From Mesotaenium endlicherianum (lineage: Eukaryota), in contig WELA01002297.1 in NCBI GenBank assembly GCA_009602735.1, forward strand, positions 409,961-473,960: a stretch of 64,000 nucleotides of DNA, in the 5' to 3' direction. Under the pieces are notes generated by a model. It made no database searches. It saw nothing but the letters and a program-made list of their open reading frames with translations, and was not told where the DNA came from. How positions within the stretch are numbered: position 1 is the first letter of the stretch; each line of letters opens with the position of its first letter. A program made the position numbers and the translations under genes. Shown in pieces: positions 47,753 to 60,577 of this stretch.

Positions 47753-50700
47753 ATGTTGTCTCCCAGAGATATGCATTTCTCCCGTTCCCATTCATTATTA
47801 AGACGACATTCAGCATCAAAACTTACTCGTTGTCAACCAGTAGTCCTGCTATGGGTGCTTGTCGGTGCTCTATACATTTTCATATACAGGACTCCGTGTA
47901 CATCAAGCAGCCCCAAGCACCACACACTCCTAAATTCAGTGCAGGACGAGAGTGGGAACTCTGCAACAGACCGTATCAAAAAGCATGCCAGCAACTCTTG
48001 TATTCGTATTGGCATACTGAGCGCCTTTCCGCCACAGACAGGCTACACTGCAAAGTTTGCTGGCGGGCTGTACACCAACCTGGCCAGTCTCGTCCCTAGC
48101 AGTTCGAGGGTGGAAGTTTTGGCCGTAGATGAGAAAACCCTTCCTCTGAAGTATGGCCCAGAGGTCACTGTAGTCATGGGCAAAGAGTCAGAGAAGGAGT
48201 ATGTTGAGGCTGCAACTTATGCTAATAAAAATCTAGATATTATTCTCTGCATTCACGAAGATAGCATATTCGGAGGGGAGCATGGGGAATTCCTCTTTGC
48301 CTTCCTGCACACCCTCAGGCTGCCTGTGGTGTATGTGCTTCACGCAGAGGGTGATCCCCCTCTTCCATACAGGGCCATTCTGGAGGGGGTTGTCCACTCT
48401 GCGACCCGCGTCCTCGTGAAGGAAGCAGGAATTTGCCTGGACCTGCAGGTGATGAACCCCCCAACGATGTGCAACGTTCTCCCTCTCGGTTTGGTCGGGA
48501 GACCCGACAAGGTCTTGGACCTCCAGAATCGCGCATGGAGGGATCTGGCCGCGAGGACTCTAAAGTATCTGCAGAAAGACAGCACCTTCAGGAAGAAGGC
48601 CAGCTGTCCAGCTGTCACAGGCTGGTGGCCTGGCACGCGTCAGGGCGTCCTCAAGCAGGGATTCACCCTCATGTACTCCCAAGATCTGGGCCACAGGGAT
48701 TGCCAGCTGGCAGTGGGGCCGCTCTTGGAGGTCCTGAGCTTGCCCTCTGTGCACCCCACGATGAGCGTGGCCCGGGCCTCGTGCGCAGCGATTGTGCGAG
48801 CGCTATCGACGGGCCACCTGCTGTTTTCGCGCTGGCTGCCCCCGCCCCACAAGGTGCAGGCCATGGTGGAGCGCAGCGGCCAGTTCTTCTGCACCAACGG
48901 CCTCTTTGTGCTCCACGGGGACCTCAGGAGCGGGGCCGTGTTCCACACCAAGCCGCAGGAGGGGCTGCTGTTCGGGAGGGGCGTGAAGTACGCGGGCATG
49001 TTTGTGGAGTTCACGCTAGCGGGGCAGCGGCACCGCGTGCCCGTGCAGGACAACATATCCAAGTGGGGCCACAAGGTGCGTGTGTGTGTTTCTGTGCGTG
49101 CAAGGTCTTCTCACATGTTTGCTGAGTGACGGCTTAGGGGATGAATCTAGCACTGGATAGATTTTGGTTGTTTCTATCTTCCTTGGTTCAGAAATAAGAC
49201 TGGCGACCCCATGGCACGTGCCGTGCATTTTTTTTTTCTGTTCCGTGCAAACCTCGTCGGTGGACTTGCGCAAAAATAACTCAACCTCCAAAATTCCTGA
49301 CGTACAAAAAACCGCGATAACGACAAATCATATGCAGGTGGAGTTTGATAGAGTGACCTTTCAGATGACCAAGTGCGTCGCCCTCTCTCGCGGCCGCCAC
49401 GTGGGCGAGGTCACGCACATGTACACCGTCAAGGAGGGCTCTCAGGAGCTCCAAGTCACCTTCAACTTCACCGCGTCGGCTGATGTGGAGGGGGGGCCCG
49501 TGTCTGACGTGGCAATTATCACGGGCATGGACTACCTGTCGAAGCTCTACCCTGGCCTCGTGTACAATCGCATGTACTTGTACACGCGCAAGGAGGGTGA
49601 CGGGCGGCAGGGGGGGCAGAGGGAGGACGGCCAGGGCCAGGTTGAGCTCAGATCCGGGCAAGACCCAACCGAGACTCTCTACGCCAGGTGGCTCTTACCT
49701 CCCTCCCTCGCGTTCTGCCAACTGGCCTCCCTTCCCTGCAGCCTCCCTGCCTCCTTCCCGTGTCTGCATACGTACGGGGCCAGCCGTGTTGCTCTGTTCC
49801 TCCTCACTCTGCCACCCCCTCTTCGCCCTGCCTTCTCGCCCAGCCCAGCCCAGTCCATCCCACCACACACCTCTGCACTCCACCACGCTGTAACGAGCAG
49901 GTGAGTGCTGATCAATAAGGCTTTGTGGGATGGCACTCCCCCGGGTGCCTGGCTGCTCCAGGTTCCGGATGAATCAGGTGGTTGCCAAGAATACCTACGA
50001 CTTGTTCTGGAAGGTAGCGCTGGCTCGGGTGTGTGCGCTGTGTGGATGATGTTGGACTTTGAGGAGAATTCTCGGTCCCTGTGGGGTTTCGGGTTTTGAC
50101 CCTGCCTGCCTGCCTGCCTGCCTGCCTACCTGCCTCGGTTCATTGTGAGCCTTCGGGCACTTCTGGTGGTCGTACATTCTATGTACTAGGGGGGGGGGAG
50201 GGGGAAAACCGTAAACCTTCAAGACTACACCCTGGCTGACATTCTGGGCCTTTTGTGCCTCCTACACGAGCACCACAAAATGGGGAACAGTTGATGTATG
50301 TGCTTGTGCAAAGACTTTACAAGGAGAGGGACGTGCGTTGCCCTGAGTGTGGAGGTGGTGTCTGGTGGTGGCTGCTTATGGTGCCTTTGTTGCTGCTGCC
50401 AATGGTCGGGCCACTGCTCCTGCTTGCAGTGCTGATATAACTGGTGCTGGTGCCTGGTGCTAATGCTGCTGGTGCTGCTCGTGCACACATGCAGGTCTGA
50501 GAGGGCTGTGCAGTGGCACCTGCTGACGGATGGCGCAGGGCACATGGGCCTCTTCACCGTGCTGCAGAGCAGCTCGCTGCTACAGGCTCTAGAGCAGCGT
50601 GGCAACTCTGACGAGAACTACCACTACGTGTTTGCCAGGTGAGACGACGGTGCATCTCCTCGCTCCTCCGCACGCTCTTGCCAGCTGGCGGGCTGCTGGA

Positions 50701-51472
50701 TCTGAGCCCATCTGCTCCTGTCCTGTCTGCGGTTCTCCCGAGGTGTGGTGTTAAGTCTGCGCACTGCTCGCAGTGTTGCCTGCTAACAGCTTATGCCATG
50801 TGCTGCACATGTGGTCCTTATTAGAGGGCTGCCCAGGTTGGGGGGCTTGCCTGACATAATATCGTTCCCACGTGTCATGTGTAGCAGGGTTGCCCGGCCC
50901 AGGGCTGCCCGTGTTTCTCTGATCGAGCATAGACCAACTCCCCGGCTCTGTCGTCTGTGCCGTCTGGAAGAGCCCACAGATTGGAAGTTCATCTTCTTTC
51001 TGAGACCCTTTGGCATGTCTGTTTCGGCCTCTTACATGTTCCCTGCATCTCTGGTGCCCGCCGTCTGATGTGCATGTTGTCTGAATCTGACGTACATGAA
51101 GCACTGGTTCTTCCCTTCTTGTTTGTGCCCAAGGCTTGGCGTGTACAAGAATCCCGTCATAAAGCTGCAAAGCTTTTGCTGCTGGGTAGGTCTCTCCAGG
51201 TGCAGGTACATTCACGATCTGTGATTTAACATGCTCCAAGTTTCGGCTGCGTGAGTGCGCGCCCCATATGCAGGTACGAGGTGAAGGACCCCGTGGAGCA
51301 GAGCTTTGTCATATGCGAGAGGCGGTGGCTGGTGGGCACAGTGCAGCTGAAGCACCTCGCCGACTACAACAGCGTCTTTGAGAACCCCCCTGACTTCCTG
51401 GGCATCGACATGGAGGCACGCGATGGCCACCAGAAGTTCCTGCAGTTCCTCAACGTCTCGCATTACGACTGA
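47753..51472 (+). CDS. Host gene, 4 exons (47753-49075, 49338-49687, 50495-50638, 51274-51472), ~671 aa: N-terminal TM helix, partial GT4 glycosyltransferase-like domain, unrecognised C-terminal domain
   Basis: All three GT-AG introns are phase-compatible (0,2,2) and give one open frame to TGA. TM VVLLWVLVGALYIFIY; GILSAFPP..G..AKF and HEDSIFGGEHGE...LRLPVVYVLH resemble GT4 N-terminal domains. Start could also be 47771. Confidence 0.8.
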
Positions 51473-51839
51473 GCCGGCTGGCCCCCTTCAAGGGCCCTCT
51501 CTCCCGAGTACCTGTCATTGAGATCTATTTATGGCCGCGGTATGGTTTTCTGCCAGAGCCTCTCTGTCTGCGGGGCCTCTGAGTACCAGATTAATTCAGC
51601 ACTTAGATATTTTGCGTAAGCCAGGAGCTGTAAGGTTAAAAACAGGAAACCTTACTCTGATTCTTGAAGCCCGAAGGCGGGACCCCTTAGTGGACCTCTC
51701 AACCTTCGCTTATTCTATAGCAAATTTTCTCATCTTGGCAAGCTCAAGCCTAGGCCAAAACCAGCGATGCTATCAAGGTAGGTCTGCGATACAAAGCTAG
51801 ATCCTTGCGCTATTCTGTAAGCGAGATTCAGATATATAA

Positions 51840-52180
51840 TCTTGTCTGTCTAGATGCAGATTTGGCGTGAAGGCTATGGTGTAGTAGCATGCCAGACAGG
51901 CTGTCGAAGAGGTTGCTATTGCCTTGTAGGGAGTGAGGAGTAGGCAAGTAAGGACAAGTACAAGAACCAGGAGAGTCAGAGCAGCATGTAGAAATGGTGC
52001 AAGGGGGGGCTTTTCAAAGAAATTTTGTGATTGAGGAGCAGGCGTTAGCTTGAGGCGGAGGGGTTCATTGATGCAGGTTATGTCAGTGGACAACTTGTTG
52101 TAAATAGTGAGATAATCAAGCAGTGCTTGCCTCGTTGCCAAGTGTGGGGAGCGTGCTCATAATTTGGATAGTCAAGAGAA
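51840..52180 (-). pseudogene. Possible LINE endonuclease N-terminal fragment
   Basis: LLDYL...DITCINEP loosely resembles the APE motif (DII.LQE); short and degenerate. Confidence 0.2.
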
Positions 52181-52544
52181 TATTGACAAAACTGCAAGAT
52201 TAGTGGTCCATCCTTGCGCATTGCTATAACACACTACTTATAACTTATAGACACTTCGCCCGTTCCGATATTGTATAATTCCATCTTGTCTTGACTCTTT
52301 TTAGCTACACTGTGCATTATCTCCATACATGCAGACTTGGTGGCTATGGCTACTTCTCATGAAAGCTCTCCTTGTCATAGAAGTCCATCTTTGCTCGTTG
52401 CTGTAACACATTGCTTAGGAGTTATGAAGACCTTGACTACTCTATCCTCAAGAGTTTAAAAAGTTTGTCCGGGAACAAATCTGCACCCCTCAAATATAGA
52501 ATGTTTCTCCGCCACATCCAATCCACACATGCAAGCCGCTACAC

Positions 52545-52739
52545 AAATTGCTTACTAACCTTGCTCATGCATAAGTATATTGATTGCATTATTGATGTTG
52601 GTTACCGCGTTTGACTTGTGAAGATTGCTTATGCTACTTGTGTGGTCTTTTGCTATATAATGAGTTAACCAAAAATACCATAAGGAATACTTGTTAAGAT
52701 AAAGATTTTATTTGCTTATAAGTAACTGTATTCATTTCA
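52545..52739 (+). repeat. Degenerate 3' part of a family A LTR
   Basis: CTAACCTTGCT...GATTGCATTATTGATG...ATTCATTTCA matches 11911-12110. Confidence 0.75.
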
Positions 52740-53633
52740 AAATGCCAGCAAAGTCCACATGACCAAGACGCAAATCTTCATACACTTGTCCAAGAGTACA
52801 AGTGGCATCCAAAAGGAACAGAGTCAAACCACTACTAGTATCCATGGTGACCACATACAGCAGACAGCACACCGTATAGATCCAAGTCTCAATACGTTGA
52901 CCTATCCGAATCATTCACTGGCTTTGACCAGCCACAATCCTATACTAAGACGTGCCAAGCACCATGTATGGCAACACCAAGAGCTCATTCAACTCAAGCA
53001 CACAAATCCTCGATGACCAAATTTGCTAACGGACCACGGACCTAAATTAAGACATGCAAAACAAAAGGGAGTCAACGGAAGAATGCTTGCACCTATAAAT
53101 CCAAGCTCTTAACCCTTTTCAACACAGATTGCATTCACAAAACAATCCATCGGACTTTAGTCAACAATCACATACGACCGCATTCATAAACATGCAGTTT
53201 CCTAGCCTGACGTTCAACAAAAAGCCTGGCCTGAGCGGTCGTGGGAAGGCTCCTGGTGCACCAATACCACATTTTCATTAATTTTATGTAAAATAACAAA
53301 ACCTTCATCACAAGCTTAGGCCCCAAGCTCCCACGATCCCAACAAGTACCAACAAGTACCACAAACGTACCCTTTAACACATCAATCAAAAGCAAGGCAC
53401 ATACCATAAATCTTCTAAGCTCACATCAAAACAGCAAACAAGAAAAGCACACAACGTCGACAGCCAAGGGTGGGACAAGAGGGTATATGTGGGATGCCAT
53501 TGTTGCTGCAAAACTTCTTCACGTAGATGTTGCAGCGTGTTGCAGCTTGTGAACGACGTACTGCACATAGACCGCGGCGAGGATAACCTGTCGTTGACAC
53601 AATATTTGGAAACTTAAGTTAGTAAATCATATG

Positions 53634-54870
53634 TGTAACGCATTGTCTTAGTTGCTCAATACATGCAACCATATCCAAGCTTCCTCAACCTAACCACCAC
53701 ACTTACCATGAAAGAGGAACGTCTCTTGCAAAGCAACAAGCTTATCTTAGAGGCACAATTGACTAGCAAAGCCTCCTCGTACAGTTGGAGTACACACCCC
53801 TCTCTCTACTAATTGTGGAGATTTTACATAATCAATAGAATATATTAGTTTGTTCTCATATGAAAACTTTTGAATACTTTTAGAGTAGTAATGTGTCAAA
53901 TAGATACTCAAGTGATTTGGTTCATGTCCTTTGAACCTTCTAAGGCATTTTCTAAGTTAGAAGAAGAACCTAGAAGAACTCCTTGGGGCAAAAGTCAAAT
54001 ATGCCTTTTTTAGGTCAAAAAGACACGTGTACATTATTTCTAGAAAGAGGTGGCAAGTTTTGGGATGTTTTGGGTGCCAACACAACAACATGCACCTTCC
54101 TAGAAATTACTTATATCGCAAGTATATAAACAAGAGCTAGAACATAGAAAGGCATTCGAAAATCACTCTTGTACTTTACAAATTCCAAAAATAGAAGTTT
54201 CAAGAAGCCATCCCTTTTCCAAGAAGCTACCACTTGTGTCCAAAGATCCTTGTCTTGAATAGATAAAGGATTCTACTTTACTAAATACTTTGTCTTCCTA
54301 TTTCATTACAGTGGTATTGGAGCTAGGCACTTTGGTAGCACAAGAAGATGGCCGATCCTCAAGACCAACAGCAAGCTCTTGAAGGAAGCACTTCATCTCC
54401 AAGAGATCCTCCTCCACCGCCAACGGGAGTGCCCACTTAAGAAAATCTGCCACAACAAGGAGCACCACAAAGAGAAGCACCGTCAAATCTCGTGGCAACC
54501 GCTGTGGCAAAGTTGACCCCACCACAAGGAATTCCTGCAAATGAGTTGGCAGCCTTCCGAATGACTACCCACAACCAAGTGGGCTTGGCCACCTATGAAG
54601 CAACCGTGCAAGCGTCAAGAGAAGCTATGGCTGCCATGGCTGGCCCTATTGCAAGCAACGCTGCAAATTCAGCCCCGACTCAAGCGCCTCCACAAGAGCC
54701 TACGAGAGCAAGCAAGCTCATCAAGCTTGGCAAACCCAACCCTTTCAACCCCGGGAAAGGAACCAACCTGAATTTATGACTATGCCAAATGAAGACGTAC
54801 CTCGCATTCCTTGAGGTACCCGAGGAGGACTACATTCCCTTTGCCGTTTTCTTACTTGAAACAGCAATGT
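53634..54870 (+). mobile_element. Family D LTR retrotransposon stub: LTR (~53634-54310), PBS 54312-54323, gag start
   Basis: ...CATTACA followed by TGGTATTGGAGC; TATATAAA near 54123; gag-like KLGKPNPFNP...MKTYL. LTR start uncertain. Confidence 0.65.
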
Positions 54871-54871
54871 C

Positions 54872-57800
54872 CGCTAAATGTCTAATACTTAATTTAATGA
54901 CTCAGTCGGGAGCAGTAGGCTGAAGTCATCTTAGGTAAGCTTGCTGACGTAGGTTAGCTTCTTGACACATTATTTGACAATCAGCAGACTGCCGTATTCG
55001 ATAGCAGCAAACTGCCCAGTCATGCACCTAACTATGGTGTGCTACATGAATGGCCAGATGACACCCTTAAGGTAGATGGCAATTCGGGATGATGGAAGAT
55101 GGCTGTGGATTTGGTTAGCCGAGGTCCTATCGACGAGGTTAACTCCCGGGTAGGTGGTGCCATCGCACTTGCCGTTGAATAGTAAACTCCTTCTATGTCC
55201 ATATGCTAGGCATTGCCCTCGAGTTTGACATTCAAAAACGAGGCCAACTCTCTTGTACCGCTTACTGAGAGATATATGAATCCAAGGCGAGAGGCCATCG
55301 ATGCGAACGGTCTTCTAACCTTGCTTATGTATGAGGTTAATGATGGCGTAATTGATGCCCGTTTACTTGCTTTTGACTTACGGATGGTTTTCACTGCTAC
55401 TGTATTGTCTTTTATGATTAATCAATCAATAGAAAGTACCATAAAGATTACTTGCTGATATAAAGATCTTCTAGTGATTGTTTGTTGCCTATGGGTAAGT
55501 TAATTCATTTCAATGGTATAAAAGCAAGTCACCACAGTCGTCTTGTATGGTAAGGACTAGGTTGTTGTAAAGAAGTTGCAGAGGAGGCAGCGGCTCTTGC
55601 TGTGGTAGCAGCTCAGCTTGTTGAGGATAAGCGTTTAGCCAAGGAGGTAGAAGAGGCAGTAAAAAAGAGATTTGCTAACAAAAGGACGGTGGAAGAGCAG
55701 ATGGCAAAGAGGGTCAATCTCCGAAACCAACCTCTTGCTGTACATACTCTTATACCTCTCCCTCACATTCGCAGAGAATTGAGTGCAATAGGCATAGCGG
55801 GAGCGGTACAAATCGGAAACTCCGAAGCTACTACTACTCGAACTAATGTTGCTGCTGCTGCGTTTGCTGGGCTACCACCTCAAGCTGTAGATCTGGGAGC
55901 ATTATTTGTGCAAATGCAATTACAAATGCGAGCATGTATCAGTCCCAACAGGAGGACAAAAGAATCATGATGGCATTGTTGCGTGACAGAGACCAACTGG
56001 GTTCTCAAACCACTAGTGGTGGTGGCAGAGGGCCGAGTAAGTCTAAGCCAAAACCTCCTCAGGACAATGACCCTCAGGGAAACAAAAATTACTACCTAAT
56101 AGACATCAAGCTGAAGTGTGTTGGATGAGAGGTACAGTCAAAGTGAGAGGAGTCAGTGATGGGCAGACTAACTTGGCACCCACCAATGCTCTTCCTCTTG
56201 TCCTATTTGGATGGCAAATGGAAAAGAAGAGGCTCCCACGAGGATGCAAATTGCTGAATGTGATGGAGTTCATCAAAAGTTGGAACCAGAAAGGAGACAA
56301 AATGTTAAGTCTGCTACTCAAAGAGATACCTCCTCAATTGGAAGAAGTGTTTGAGTAAAAGGTAAGCCCTCTGGACCACCCCACTGCTGCAAGAGTAGCT
56401 CAGTATATTGATGTTTTTAACATGCCTCCTGGATTGCCCCCAAAAAGGAAGTAGATTATAAGACTAATTTATGACCTGGGAGTTAGCCACCTTGGCAATG
56501 CACATATGGCTTGTCTTATGTGGAGAGTGAAGTTACTAAAAACACAAATTGCAAAGCTGGAGGAAAATGGTGATATTTCTTCGAGTAAATCACCTTCTGG
56601 CGCACCCATCTTATTTGTTAAGAAGATGGATGGCAGAATGCGAAAATGTGTGGATTACAGAGCTCTTAACACAATTATAGAGAAAACAAGTATGCTTTAA
56701 TCAAATCAAGAACTTGCTTGATACCGTGTCCGGTGCTAAAATGTTCAATAAGATAGATCTCAAGAGTGATTATTATCAAATCAGAATTGCTAAAGAAGAT
56801 GGACACAAGATTGCCTTCCGCACACGTTATGGACACTATGACTTTCATGCAATGCCATTTGGATTGACCAATGCCCTTGCAACCTTCATGGGTGCTATGA
56901 ATGACATTTTCAAGCCTTACTTGGATAAGTTTGTGCAAATCTTCTTGGATTATATATGAATTTTCTCTAAAGATGAAGCTAAGTATGCTGAGCTCTTGAA
57001 GACAATATTGGACATTATCAATTATATGCCAAAATGAGCAAGTGTGATTTCTTTAAGGAGAGTATTGAATTCTTAGGCCACGTTGTTAGTAAGGAAGGCA
57101 TCAATGTGGATTCTAAGAAAGTCCAGACCACAAGAAAGTGGCCAGTACCACAGTCTGACTCAAAAGTTAGATCCTTCCTCGAGTTGGCTAACCACTATAG
57201 GAGATTTATTGAGAATTATTCTTCAAAGGCTAGTAAAGTAATTGACCTTACTAAGGACATAGGGTATGTAGGAGGAAGAGCAGCAAGCTGCCTTCCAGAC
57301 TATTAAAGATGCTCTTTGTTCTGCCCCAATCTTAGCTGTGTATGACTCCAGCGAACTTATGCAGGTGGTTACTTTTGCATTTGACTTTGCCACGAGTGCT
57401 ATTTTGTTGCAGCCTGCTGACAAAACCACAAAGAATGATAAGGTAAAGCAGGATTGGCACCCTGTCTTGTATGAACCTATGAAATTCAAACCAAGGAAAT
57501 TGAAACCTGCTGATGCACTTTGTAGAAGACTTGACTTACAAGAAAGGAACTTAAGCCAACATGCTGTTGGTAAAGTGCACTCACCCCATTAAAAGTCATA
57601 AATTCCTTCTTTGAGAAACTTAGGAAAGCCTATCTTTCTGACCCAACATCTGAGCCAAGCCCCACTGATGGTGTGTGACCTGCTAACGCACTTGGATATA
57701 AGTTGAAGGGAAGGGTTTGGGTAATCGAAACTACTTCGGGCAGTCTGAAGTTGGTGATTCCTAATAACTTGGAAATAAGGTCGCGCTTACTGAGTCAAGC

Positions 57801-59107
57801 AGATGATGATTTACTGGGAGGGCATTTTGGGGCAGGCCAAAATTGTTGGTAAATTGGCAAAGCATGATCAGTGGGAAGGGTTGCCTCATGAGGTCTTGAA
57901 ATATGTTAAGTCCTGTGATCAGTGTCAGAAAAACAAGTCTAGACACACACCACCTGGAGGGTTGTTACAACCACTACTCATCCCAGCTGGACGATGGGGA
58001 ACAACATCCATAGACTGGGTGTTAACACTACCAAGCACTGCCAATGGGCATGATTCTATCCTGGTAGTATTGGATAAATTGACAAAAATGGTCAATTTCA
58101 TTCCCATCACTCTCAAGGTGACTGCACTCAAAATGCGAGACAGTTCTACAACCATGTAGTATGCCCACATGGGCTACCCTCCAGAAATCAAAATTCACCT
58201 CCAAGTTCTGGAGAGCTTTAACGGAGTTAATGGGAGTCAAATAATCTATCAGCACAGCAAACCACCCTTAGATTGATGGGCAAATTGAGAGAAGTAACCA
58301 AATTCTGCAAGAGGTGCTGAGAGCATACATTAACCACAAACAAGATAATTGGGATGACCTGTTGCCTCAACATCAATTTGCGATCAACAGTACGGTGCAT
58401 GCGTCAACGGTAAGACTCCTTTTGAACTCAGTCTCTGTAGAGTCCCCAAGTCTCCTTTAGATGTGCTAGGGGAGTCTTTAACTCATCCAGAGCAAATTGA
58501 CAATCGGGTGCCTAACCAATTAATTCAAGAGTTTGTTGACACCCTGTCAAAAGTCCAACAAAACCGGCACAAAGCCCAAGCAAATCATCAAAAAATATTC
58601 CAATCAACACCGTCGAGAGTTGACGTTTTCTAAGGGCGATATGGTCAAATTGCAATCTCAACACCTGTACTTGCATGGTGTGGTCAAGAAAGAGCTTGGC
58701 CGAGTTTGAAATGGTCCATATTTGGTGGGACGCCGTGTCTGTTAGAATGCATAAAAATTGAACCTGTCGGCGGAATACAGGGGTCACCTATTCTTTAATG
58801 TCTCTTTTCTTGTGTCCAACGGAGATCGGTCCCCTCTGTCCGAGATAATGACCCAGGGGAATATGAGGTGGATGAGATTTTAAAAGTTCGCTATGTCCAT
58901 CAATCATCTAAATATGTCATGAAATATCTGGTCCAATGGAAGGGTTACGATGCCTCTAGGGACACTTGGAAATTTAAGGACCATTTCACCAATGCCATAG
59001 GGGCGTTGAAACGCTTTTACCTTCGGGAGGCTGGAATACCCCCTTAACTGTCATTTTAGTGACATGGAAAGGTGACGAGAGGTCATGTCTCCATTTAAGT
59101 TGGAGGG
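54872..59107 (+). mobile_element. Second, decayed family A copy: partial LTR to 55512, PBS, gag stub, pol to chromodomain
   Basis: Colinear with ~11490-17478 except a ~1.3-kb gag-protease deletion at ~56100 and an RNase H deletion at ~57490. Confidence 0.9.
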
Positions 59108-59250
59108 TGAAAGGGGCGGAGTGCCCTAGGGGAAGCGTAGTGACTCACGAGGAAAAGAACTAGGTACAATCACAGTAAAGAGTGCAGCAGCATATCGCAC
59201 AGAAAGCTTAAAAAAATAACTTGACATTTTGAGTAGCAATAAATTGCTCA
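59108..59250 (-). repeat. Family B LTR 3' fragment in reverse orientation
   Basis: TGAAAGGGGCGGAGTGCCCTAG is the reverse complement of the family B LTR end. Confidence 0.85.
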
Positions 59251-60577
59251 ATCTCATCTGACGTACACCCTGACGGTGACATGGGGCAAATTTCATCGAC
59301 AATCTGAAATAGAAATATATACGAGTCGGATCGGCCGCTGGGCGTCGACGGCAAATTTGAGCGAATGGAAATCCAGATTTTACTAATCTATTAATTTCCT
59401 CACGTCCGTTTTAGCCAAATTTTGGAGGATTTGTATCTGACAACAGCCGGTTACACTTTCATGTCCGTCGTTGCTGGTGTACCTTAGTCAAGCTCCACGA
59501 GTTGAATCGTTCCGGCGGGCCCCAAATGGAGTGCCGTCAGGGACCCTCAGTTTTGGTTTATTCTGACAGCTCGTTGATCATGTCAGCATCACCTCGTCCC
59601 CGTTGGTACTTTATTTGTTATTGCCTCACATATTCTATCCGTGTGCACGTGAGCACAACCCCATCCGGCCTTGCCCGTTGTGTTCACATCCAGGTTTGCT
59701 CGCGATGTTTTGTCCTTGTCTCCAGTGATCCTTACACATTTGACATGCTTTGGATTTGTTTCCACCATGTTCAGATTGCAGAAATAGTTCGCCGATAGCT
59801 GGTCACATGTCGGTTTCAAAACCCCTCTGTGCAATATCACTGCTTTACCCACAATGACTACATTGCAAGACCAACCAGATGGGCTTGCTTTTGGAACCAG
59901 GAGGAATGATTGCAGTTGACGCTAACGCGACAGCTTTTCAGTGACTGTGCACCTGGAGAATTCAATTCAACTAGTGGATTTGTATTTCATTCAGCCACAA
60001 CGAGGTGGAAGTTCATTCATTTATAAGCCGCAGAGTTCCATTTCACTAGTTGAGAAGTGTTTCCTTCAGCTACAACAAAGTGAAAGTTTATTTGGACCAT
60101 CATGAATGAAAATATTTTGGCTTGGGTAAAGTACATTATTTCTGAAAGTCCTTGCATATTTATGTATCTTATGATGCAAAATAGTGTCATACTGCAGGGA
60201 TGTAGCAATGTGTATTTTGAGAGCAGAGAAATAGTTTCATAATTGGATTCATGCATACACATACATGAACTCCGTGCCATAACAGCAGCCTGTCATTCAA
60301 AATGCCTCAGGAGCATTTTGATTGCATAAGATATATTGAATATCCATTTCTCTTCATTAAATGGAAGTATGCTTCCAACACACTGGGTGATAAACAAAGC
60401 AATGCCTTTAAATTGAGCCTACGTAGCTACTTGTTGTCCACCATTCCAAGCTCCTTGCGTAGTACCTATCTGTATCCTACTAATTACCTACCACTCATCA
60501 TAATATTAATTTATAAGGCCAACACAGCTTGTTTTGTCACTGTTGGGCGTCAAAAAGTTGTTTCCTCGCATCGTGTT

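Noticed and set aside
48433..49125. 230-aa alternative-frame ORF
   Set aside because: Shadow of the GC-rich coding exon of the host gene.
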